Positions 1 to 10,200 of a DNA stretch of 64,000 nucleotides are shown piece after piece. Numbering within the stretch: position 1 is the first letter of the stretch; every line of letters begins with the position of its first letter. The notes under the pieces were generated by a model. The model saw only the letters and a list, made by a program, of their open reading frames with translations, did not search any database and had not been told where the DNA came from. Where the stretch lies: assembly GCA_045837725.1 (NCBI GenBank), contig JBEWZL010000202.1:434001-498000 (forward strand), written 5' to 3'. Both the position numbers and the translations under genes were made by a program. The stretch comes from Vermamoeba vermiformis (taxonomy: Eukaryota).

Positions 1-400
1 TCTGCTTGCTGCTCCGTTCTTCTGTAATTAAATCTTCAAAAATAATGCAAATTAGATATGTGCCCACTAACAATCACGTTGGGTCACGTGTGCTCGCTGC
101 AGTGTTTGGATAAAAAATAATTGCTGTAATTGAATCAGGTTAAAACCCAACACTGAACAACGACCTGGCTTAGTCTATCAAATTAAAACTATTAGCCAAT
201 ATATAAAGGTAATGCCGCTAGTGCTACATTGGGATTTGGTCGATTTTTTTTTGGTCTTCGAAGTTACAGTAATTCAATTTAATAATTATCGTTACTCTCA
301 TTTACGCGATTGTGAATAAATAACAAATAATAATATGTGCAGAACCGAAATTGAAAATTAATTATTTACTTTCATTTCAGAGTTAGAAGCTACAGCCGCC

Positions 401-1721
401 ATGTATCGTAAGAAGCCGTATTCAATATTCTTTTATTAATAATCTAACGAACTATGATAGAAAAACAATTCAACCCTCATGCCGTGGTGGACGCTCAAAA
501 TGGTATCCCACCGGAAGACACCGAACGCAAAGCCAGGGAGGAGGGGGCCAAGGCGGAGAGAGGAGGCACAACACGGGGCCCGAGCGGCGCGGGGGGCGGA
601 GGGGAGAGGGGGAGGGGCGCCCACCCCCCTACAAACGCCGCCTCCACCAGCCCCCCCCTCCCCCCCCCAACCCGGGCAAACCCACGCGCCCGCGCGCCCC
701 CCCCAAGACCCGCGACGCGCCCCCCCCCCCCCCCCCCAACCCAACCCCCCGCAACACCACAGAGAGACCCACCACAGAACACATAAAAAAGCAAAAGCCA
801 CCCAGACACCCCACCCGGCCCCCCCAAAAAGAGCAAAAGGCAAGAGCCCAGAGCACCACCAACCCCCCACCAGAAGGAAAAAGAAAAAAAGCGAAAAGAG
901 CAGCACACGAAAAGCAAGCCAGAAAGCGAAGACCCCCAAAAAAGCGAGGACCCCAAGCGCAAGAAAGAAAAGAACCACCAACAGAAGACCAAAAAAAGGA
1001 ACCAAAAACAGGCAAGGCAAGCCAGGGGCGGGGGGGGACCGGCACAGCAAATCCACGAAAAAAGGAACACCCACTAACAGAGTAGTTATAACCCAGACCT
1101 CCGGCTCCACTTGTTCCAAACCATCTGGACAGTACCCACGATCTTGCTAGAGAAACTCCCCCCCTCCCCCCCGAAGAAAAACAACAACCGGACCACTTAG
1201 CATAGATAAAAAATAAAAAAGAAAACCCCCCCACCCCCCAACCAAACGCAGTTACACCCAGATCACCGGCAAGACTCAAGAAACGCCAGAAAAAGACACT
1301 ACAAGAAAAGAGCTGGGCCAGCCCAGACCGCGGTCAGGCGACAAGCGGCCCCCAGAGAGCCCCTCAAGACCCCCCCAACCCACAAGAAGCGCTGCAGAGC
1401 CCCGCAAGACCCAACAAAAACAAGCTCCACCGCACCCCCCACGCAGAACACTGTTGGAGAAGACCCCGAACTCACTACACAAAGAACCTAAGAAAAACCA
1501 GAAGCACAACAACCGAAGAAACAACAGCCCCCAGCTCTCCAAAAGCACCACACTCAAAAAACAGAACCACCTAGAGCACCCCCCCCAGACCCCCCCAAAG
1601 AACCCGACCTATCTCAAACAAAGAAAAACAAAGAGAAGACTCACCCCCCCCAACCCCCCCCCCCTCCCCAACTACCACAACCACCAAGAACCCCAAAACC
1701 CCCCCCCCCCCCCACCCCCCG

Positions 1722-1755
<34 letters not shown>

Positions 1756-4700
1756 AACCCCCCACACCCCCCCCCCCCAACAAACCAAGCCCCCACCCTA
1801 GCTCCTCAACGACCACCCCACCTCCAGCCCCCCTCACCCCCGCGCGGCGACCCCCATCTGAGACCCCCCCAAGGCCCCCAACCCATACCTCCCCCAACAC
1901 CCCACCGCCCCACAAGACGACAACAAAAACCGCCCCCCCAAGACCCCTGCTCCCCAAAAGCGCTCAAAACCCAAAAACAACCCCAAACCATGCGACGACA
2001 CCCAAGAAAAACAAAAAGAAAACCCCAGCACCAAAAGCACCCCCAACTCAGACCCACACCCACTCTACCCCCCTCCCCCTCCCCACCACACAACAACTGT
2101 ATATGCAACAGACAGCACACCAAAAACAGCTCACCCCCCCCTCCCAACCCACCAGCAGCAGGCGAGGACAAGACCCAAGGATCTCACTGCCGACAAGTAA
2201 GCGCATCCAGCGCCCCCCCCCCCCCCATCCCACCTGAACTCCACAAAAAAACCCCCCCCACCCCCATACCCAGACCACACCGAGGCTCCCAGAGCTGGAC
2301 AAAGCCGCGGAGAGAAGACGACATCCCTCAACCCCCCCCCACCGAGAGCGCAGGAAAAACAGCAACCTACCAACCTGCGCAGCCGCAGCACACCCGAACG
2401 CCCCCAGCAACCCAACGCTCAAGCCCAGGACGCAAACCCAAAAAAGCAAGAACAGGAAGGAACCAGACCCCCCCCGAGAAATAGCAACCCCCCCCCCCCC
2501 TCTCCACAAAAGTGCAATAAACAAAACACCCAAATCCACCCCCAACCCCCCCTCCCACAAACCACAACCCACAACAAACCCCAACCCTGACCCCACCCCC
2601 CCGCCCATCTGCACACACTCCCCCCCCATCCCCCACCAACGAAGACGCGGCCCCCCCCCCCCCCACCCCCACTCAGAAACGACCTCCCCACTACCCGGAG
2701 GCCCCCGCGAACCCCAGCCCCGACGACGCAAGCACGACGCCCCCCCCCCCCCGCCGACACCGCGGAGCCCGCGCCCCCACACGGCCCCCCCACGCCCCCC
2801 GCACCCAAACCCCCCCCCCAACCCCACCCCCCGCCACCCCCCCCCCACCCCCCCCCCCCCACCCCCCATCCGCCTCACCTACACAATACTCACTAAATCC
2901 TCCACCAACAAGTCTCTCACAACTCTGACCCCGCCAGCAGCTCCAGCAGCACACCCCCCCACACGAAGCAGACTACAACCAGCACCCAGCCCCCCCCTCA
3001 CCCCCCACAGCAGAAACACCCCACCAACCAACAAGAAGAAAAACCCCAACAGCCCACCCCCAAGCAGCCCCGAACGCACCAACAGACGAGCACCAGCAAA
3101 ACCGGGGCCCAGGAAAACCCAGCAGAGAAGAACAGCAACCAAGCAGGCGACACCAAGCACAGCAAACGAACGGCTGTGGAGAACCAATATAACATGACTC
3201 AAATTTGACAAGCTTGGTATGGTATGTAAATTTGAGTTTAATCTGGTGACACTGGAACTTACAGCTATCCTACACTCTGTGGATGCTAAAGGTCGTTTAA
3301 CTGCAGCTAGTTCTAATACTCCAGTTACTTCTTTGAGTCTGATGGTAATGTTACTACAAGTGAGTAATGGATTGTGCTGGCTTTAAGCAACACTGGAGTT
3401 ACAGCTGGTAATTATTCAACTGCTAACATAAAGTGGATGCAAAGTGTATCATAGCATAAGTAATGGACTCTACATTCCCTATTTATACATTAAGTACTAA
3501 TACAGGTAAATTTGTAACAGTAAATCAAACAGGTGATACTAATGAGAGATGGGCTACAGATGTAATGGAATAAATATTTGGTCCTGAACTCTCCTGGAAC
3601 ATTTCCTGAGAGGAGCTTAGGATTGTTGGTGCTAGTAATAATTCTAATGGAAATTGAAGTAAGAATGAGATGCTTATTTAATCCAGGTTATGGAACTAAT
3701 GTAATGTAGCTAGTGGTAGTGGATTTGATTAATTGATGGAAATGAGTAGAGATAGGTATTTTAGTAGAGGATCTCTAGTGATGAAAATGATGGATAGTTA
3801 GTTGGAGTGGGTGGGTGGGAGCTAGAGGGGGGATGATAGGGTTATTGGGGTAGTAGTTAGTGATGGCAGTTGTTGATAGAAGAGGATTAGCTTGTGTATA
3901 GAAGGGGAGAATAGAAATAAGAGTTGCAGTAAATGGGGTGGTTTTATTGGATTAGAGTTTAGTCTGATATATTAAACGGAGAAAATTATATAGGAGTATG
4001 GAGTGCGTTGGATGGGGTATAAATAATTTTAGATATATAGTAAGGAAATGAGCTAATAGAAAATTGTTAGGTATAAGGTGAATCAAAAGTTTGTTTTTTG
4101 TGATGATGGAATGGATTGTATAGGGAGTGTGATTTTCTGAGAGGTTATTTAGGAGAGGAGGGGTAATGGCGGGAGGGCTTGAATGAGTGATGGTAGTTTA
4201 AAGGTGAGGATAATTGCGGAGAGAGAAGTGCTAAGTATAGATGGGTGGCTTATAAGAGAGGAGCGAAAGTGTGGAGAGAATGTTCTGGGGATTTGGGGTG
4301 TCTATAGAATGCGATTGAGAGAGGTAGCAGGTAGATGATGAGTAAAATGGATTGGAGGAGTAATGGTATCTAGTGCTAGGCTCTGGATAGAGAGGAGAGA
4401 GATGAAGTTTATGTGTAGGTGGTTTGTTGGGCTAGTTATGAGCTGGTTGCGTACTATTGTAAATGTTGTGTGCGGCTGTGGGCGTGCTGATTGTAGCTGA
4501 GAAGCGGCGAGGAAGGTCTGAATATAGGTTGGACGGAACTAAATGGCATCTGGAAAGAAAATCGACAACGATTTTTATCTTCATTCTCAGACGACCAAGC
4601 ATTAATTTATCTCGAAGGACGAGGCGAAGAATTTCGTAATGCTGATGTCGAGCATTATTTCAGACAAGACTCTTCATTTCAGTAAGGCAGATCTGATCTC

Positions 4701-7023
4701 ACTACTTTCTCAACTTGCTCATTGCTTATACTTCTATACTAAGGTACCTATGTGGTGCGGATTATCTAGGGGCATCGCTTATTATCGATTTAGAGAATGG
4801 CAAGACAACTCTGTATATTCCTAAGCCTGACGAGCATCACGGAATATGGCACAACGCGATTCAATCCAATGACACTTTAAAGGCTAAATACGACGTAGAT
4901 GACGTGTAAGAAGTACAATATTACTATAATAGAGAAGGGTAGTATACCTAATGATTCTATAGTAAGTACACTAGCGATCTCACAGAAGAGTTGCGAAAGT
5001 TACGAGCCAATCACGTGCGGATCTACTTGCTGAACGAGAAAGTTAAACTGCCGAACAACAACGCGAACAAGTACGAGCTAGACACTACGACAGTCGAGCA
5101 GTATGTGTATCTCAACGTCCATTCATTTTTTAATTGGTTTGAAGAGCACTCAAAGACGCCCGTACAGTGAAGTCTGACAAGGAGTTAGCGATGATGCAGT
5201 ACGCAGCTGATGTGAGCAGTGAGGCCCATATTACATTGATGAAGCAATGCCGACCAGGGCTCTACGAGTATCAACTCGAGAGTGTCTTCAATGGCTTGAC
5301 TTCGTTCTGGGGGTATGTTAATTCAGGCCACTTCCAGCACACCAAAATTTTTGACACGTGTCAAACATCTTACAGATTGCGCCACTCAGCTTATCCAGCG
5401 ATTGTCGGCTCAGGTCTTAATAGTGCTATTCTTCATTACTCAGCGAACAATAGACTCATTGGCGAGAACGATCTTGTGCTCGTGGATGCAGGTGGCGAGT
5501 TCCACTGTTACGCTAGCGATATTACACGTAAGTGTGCATTATCCTATAATATCAATTTCTTCGGTAGTGTTGGCGGGATTGAGCACCTTTTGACTTTTTG
5601 AGGACGTTGGTTCGGATTACGAGGGCACGTCAACAACGGCCGTTTAGCTCAGTTGGTTAGAGCATCGTGCTAATAACGCGAGGGTCCCAGGTTCGATCCC
5701 TGGAATGGCCACTCTTTTTTGTCCTTTCTCGCTACTTCCCTCCGTTCCCACGTTTTCCGCTCCTGGGACCTGAACTCGCTTAGCTGTCACACGTTATGAT
5801 GACGTTGCTTGCCTATACGAGGTATGACACACGAAACACTTGGACCGTGGCCAGTGACAAGTAGTGACCCGAACACGAAATCGCTTTCGGTCTCGGTCAA
5901 TATTAATATGGTTTGTCTTTTTGACGACCTCGTATGACTGGCGCCTTAAATTTCAACTACGGCGCCATAGCTTAGTGGTAGAGCCTCGGTCTCATGAGTC
6001 GATTGTCCAAGTTCGATTCTTGGTGACGCCTATTCTTTTTTTGGTTGTGCCGTCACGTCCCGGCTTGTGGAAGTAGTGACCCGAACAGGAAATCACTATC
6101 GGTCTCGGGCACGACCACACTAACAAGAATGCACCGCTTCCCGTCCGATCAGCGAAGTTAAGCTTGTTCAGGCCTTCTTAGTACTGGGGTAGGAGACTAC
6201 CTGGGAATCGGAGGTGTTGTGCTCTTTTCTTTTTTTGCTTTTGTTCCTGTCCGTAATCACTTGGTTAATGTCCCTTCCTTGTGTGTTGTTCCAGCCTGTT
6301 TTTTTTGTTCCGAAGCCACAAAAAAAATTGATGGCTGGTTGATTGCCACATGTACTTTTACGGAGTTATAATTAACGCCAATTTGTTTAGGAACTTACCC
6401 AGCCAACGGCAAGTTCTCAGCTGATCAAAAACTGATCTACTCGATCGTGCTGGATGCGCAAAAGAAGGCCATTGCAGCGCTGCGACCAGGAGTTAGTTGG
6501 TCCAGTGTCGTCGACACAGCTCTTCATACACTACTTACTGGATTATTAGAACACGGGTTTGTGCAAGGCAAGATGGAAGATCTGATTGAGGATCGCGTGG
6601 CCTACGTGTTCATGCCACACGGTCTGGGACACTTGGCAGGTCTAGACGTGCACGACGCGAACATATTCCCCGACATATTAACTGCTGGCCAAGTGGTCAC
6701 GATTGAACCCGGCCTTTACTTCAACGAGACAGCAATCAATGAAGGACTTAACAAGGCTTCCACTAGCAAGTACTTGGTCAAGCCGAAGATTGACGCGTTC
6801 ATGTAAGTCTCACTTTGACACGTGTCAAATTCCATGTTTTATCCTCACTCGAATGCAATTGCAAATCTATCATCGTCGGAGGCTTCCACTAAACTCACTT
6901 ATAATTAGGTCCTTTGGTGGAGTGCGTATTGAAGATATTTTAGTGGTCACTGAAACCGGAAGCAGATCCCTCTCGAATGTGCCGAAAGAAATCGATGAGA
7001 TTGAAGCTCTCATGGCCAAATAA
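401..7023 (+). CDS. PEPD: Xaa-Pro dipeptidase/aminopeptidase P (prolidase, M24B), multi-exon; exon 2 interrupted by a ~4 kb insert
   Basis: Spliced translation gives MYQKQFNPHAVVDAQNGIPPE/IWKENRQRF...RNADVEHYFRQDSSFQYLCG (AMP_N-like). Catalytic motifs follow: LHY, DAGGE..YASDITRTYPANGKF, FMPHGLGHLAGLDVHD, TIEPGLYF, GGVRIEDILV. Confidence 0.9.
517..4547. other. Low-complexity, probably error-rich or chimeric insert (C/A-rich ~540-3170, AT-rich coding-like ~3190-3790, C-depleted ~3790-4530)
   Basis: Extreme strand-asymmetric composition, long C homopolymers and no coherent ORF or splice signals. The flanks rejoin in frame as prolidase IPPE|IWKENRQRF. Confidence 0.75.
3240..3720 (+). pseudogene. 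Frameshifted phage/virus tail-fibre-like coding fragment
   Basis: Reading across frameshifts gives GDTGTYSYPT..SVDAKGRLTAASSNT and LSNTGVTAGNYSTANI.VDAK. Both resemble the GVTAGxYxxxTVDAKGR tail-fibre repeat. Confidence 0.5.
5350..5365. repeat. Dispersed palindrome TTTGACACGTGTCAAA (12-bp core at 5352, 6816, 34542, 39644, 46660, 49670, 56957)
   Basis: Exact TGACACGTGTCA read at seven positions. Confidence 0.9.
5638..5711 (+). tRNA. tRNA-Ile(AAT), intronic
   Basis: Cloverleaf GGCCGTT...AATGGCCA with A box TAGCTCAGTTGG, anticodon loop CT-AAT-AA and T loop TTCGATC. A T-run terminator follows. Confidence 0.95.
5859..6108 (+). repeat. Direct repeat of a 38-nt element (5859-5896 and 6071-6108; 35/38 identical)
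   Basis: AAGTAGTGACCCGAACACGAAATCGCTTTCGGTCTCGG vs AAGTAGTGACCCGAACAGGAAATCACTATCGGTCTCGG. Confidence 0.9.
5961..6031 (+). tRNA. Atypical tRNA-Met(CAT)-like gene, intronic
   Basis: Cloverleaf with A and B boxes, anticodon loop CT-CAT-GA and T arm CCAAG/TTCGATT/CTTGG, followed by a T7 terminator. It has a C5:A68 mismatch and two G-U pairs in the anticodon stem. Confidence 0.7.
6107..6225 (+). rRNA. 5S rRNA, intronic
   Basis: About 119 nt with terminal helix GGGCAC/GTGCTC. It has the conserved eukaryotic 5S motifs GCACCG..TCCCGTCCGATC, GAAGTTAAGC, TTAGTACT and CTGGGAAT, then poly-T. Confidence 0.95.
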
Positions 7024-7250
7024 AGTTTTTTCTGATGTTAACTGCACATGAATGAGAGTATCGTAACTATAAATTAACTGCGGCCAATAAATTGTGGGCA
7101 CAGACGTACACAACGGCTCGAGCGCCTGTCCCCAAGAATTTCATTCATTGTTTGGCCAAAGTTCCAAAACCAAAAAGTAATCGAAGCTTTGGATCTAATA
7201 AATAATTGTTTATAGTTCTATTATGTACAAATATTTGGTAATATAAAACA

Positions 7251-10200
7251 TTAATGTGACTCCACGGGCATGTCATCGAGCTCGGCAATGACGTCATCAC
7301 CGACACCACCAGTGTTCGTGCCGTCTTGCAGAACAGTGCCAGAAGACTTGCCAGACTTGGTGCGCGATCGCATTGACGAGACCCAAGCTTTCTTCTTATC
7401 GGCACTTTGAGCGAACAACGAGGTCTTCTTGAACAAGAAGATGAAGATGATGGCAGGAGCAATCTCAACAATGTACAAGAAGATGAGCACACCGACAAAA
7501 CTGCGGTCAGAGCCCAATGAGCCGTGCAACAAGTTACCAGCTTGTGCTAGCAAACAAATAGCACAAACAGCCGAGACAATGACGAGCTGTAAAAGAATTG
7601 TTAGGTTCATGTTTGACAGGTGTCAAAAGTGTCAAAATACGTACTCTGATCAAGGCCTTGTTACGCTCAGAGTTACGGGTCCTTCCGGCCATCTTAGCGG
7701 TCTGGTGCATCATCTCAACGATACGACCTCCGTACACGCCAAATGTAATTGCCAAGCCCAAACAAATCAACGCGAAGATAACTTTGTACGCAATGGCTAC
7801 CTTCTCAGCGTCGGTCAGTTCTTGAGTGGCAGGCGTTGAGCAGTTGACGACACGATTGTTCGACAAGTTGTAGAACAGCGCGGCCAACACGATGAAAGCA
7901 GCGCCCAAGAACGCGTTCAAAGAAATGACGACAGGGCGCAACTTGTTGATACCCGTGATACGACCAGTGGTCATGGTGAAGTGATAGATTTCAGCCCTAG
8001 TCGCAGTTAGTCACCTTATAGGCATTATTATAATAGCTAGTCGTACCATCGAATAACAATCAGAGAATAGATCGTCAAATAGAGCAAGGCTGGAAGTTCT
8101 GAGAAGACTACATCCGCTTGACGAGCAGTTTCGAGCACACCGTTGCTCAAGAAGAACAAGTACAACAGACGAACTATATGATATTAGTATAAAGATAGGG
8201 TTACTGATGTGAGCACTTACGGATCAACATAAAGAACAAGATCGTGAGCGCGGATGTGGCCATGTTCCAGAATCCCTTGGCAGAGTCAGCTTGCATAATA
8301 TGGATGATAAAGTGGAAGGCAGTAAAGCCGAGCACGAAGACGTAAATGCCGACACCAATGTAGATCAACGCCAAGTTACCCTGGCTGATGGTCTCGATGA
8401 ACTTGATGTTCTCGTAGTTCTCGATCAAGACAATAGGGAACAAAATACCCTCAGTAGATTGCGACAAATCGAAGCAGTACTCGCTGTTGGGAGTTAATAA
8501 AGTAACCAAGAGGATCTGATCGAACTTACGTTGTGGTGAGTGGCAGTTTCAAGTCGAGCGGGGTAAGGAACGAGTAAGACTCATCAGGATAAGCAAAGTC
8601 TAAATAAGCGGCTGTGCCTAGCGTAGTGTTGGGCTGGAAAAAAGGTTGGTACAAGAACGAGCAAAAAGCAAAAAAGAAACTGGCCTAACTCGGATTCGAA
8701 CCGAGGACCTCCCGCTTACTAGGCGGGCGCAATAACCAACTATGCTATTAGGCCGTTGTTATCCGACTTTTTGGAAAAACGACATCCAGACGACATCGGT
8801 GCAACTTGTTACATACCGTGGGAAGAGGAATGCATGCGTACAATCCAGAGAGTGCGGTTACTGTCAGTTCCAACTTGACACCATCGCTAATCATCTCTCC
8901 AACAGCCGCAACGTTCTTGTTCTTGACATATCTAAATTGATCGCTGAGGCCTGATTGAGGCAATGACGCGGAGATGGAGCTGATAGTGATCTTTTTACGG
9001 GAGTTGAACTGTCTTCGAGGTAGCGAGTAGACCTTCAAATTGATGCAATCCACGTCGGAGTCGGTATTGAAATCAGACTGGCAATATGTTAGCAAAAGGT
9101 GCTCAGCGCGTCACAGAATTAACACTTACGTGAACCTCGATTCTCGTCTTGGTCGCTTGAGAGGTCGTGTTCTCAACGATAGATCTGCAACATTGAACAA
9201 CGGCATCGGTAATAACGCTATACATGTGTCAGAATGACGAACGTATCACAACGATAATGGAACGTACCTGATGTTGGCAACGCATGACTGCGACAGGTCC
9301 AACGTCTTGTCAGTACCGCAGTCACAAGCAATGTTCTCCAAGGCGTCTTGAGATCGACCGTAACGGCACAACACTTCACGAGCCATAATGTTAGCGAAAC
9401 GCTTCGCAATAGCAGCTCTCCAGAAGGTTCTGAACTTTGTGTTGTCAATTGCTGAGCCAAGCGAGTTTGCTTGGGCAAATGCTCTTGGTCGCCATTGTAG
9501 ATCAAACCAAGCGTTGCTGGTCCATTCAGCTCCGGTCCACGAGTAGTACGGCAAAATTTCACCGCCGCACTTGGTACACTCGCTCTCGTTCTTCGCCGAG
9601 TATCCGGGAGGAGGTCTGTTCGGCGCTGCGACAGATTGAGCTGTGGATGGATCGACGCAAGCGTAGCCTTTGTCGAGACATTCTGTTCTTGAAGCTGCTT
9701 TGTTGACCCATTGACCCCTGTTGAGATAGTTAGATTGTTGCCGAGACTAAGCGAGGCTATTTGACGACTTACCCTTGGGTGGAACAATCAGTGATTGTTA
9801 CGTTCGGAAGATAACAACCAACAGGACTCCATTCAGTTTTATCGGGACAGATATTACTGTCAGGCAGTGGTGTTACACAACCTTCAAAATCATCGCAAGT
9901 GCCTAGTGTGCATTAAGTTAACTATTCTATTTGTTTGGTTTGACGAGACTTACCAGCCGTGTCACATCCGGGTTCAGTTTCGCAAATTACGCTGTCGCAA
10001 CCATTGCAATAAGACGTGCTCAAACAAGTGGCCTCGTCGGTGATGTTCTCGTTAGGAATGCAAAGACCAGTGCATGCAAGCTCAGTTTCATATCGTGGTT
10101 CCATCCAATGAGTACCAGGCCTGAGCAAACAATAATTCAGTCTCGATCCCTTCTATTACATCATTATTACGTACCACCAACTTGTGCCGTTACGTAATTT

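Noticed and set aside
436-3211. Many long Pro/Gly-rich six-frame ORFs
   Set aside because: They are by-products of C/A-rich, T-poor low-complexity sequence that lacks stop codons, and show no protein-like signal.
5805-5925. Spliced-leader RNA linked to 5S (AG|GTATGA at about 5820)
   Set aside because: There is no canonical Sm site and no evidence of trans-splicing, and a donor-like hexamer is common by chance.
5986-6002. Reading the CAT tRNA as a TCA (UGA-suppressor or Sec) tRNA
   Set aside because: Shifting the loop by one nt breaks the anticodon stem, and there is no long variable arm.
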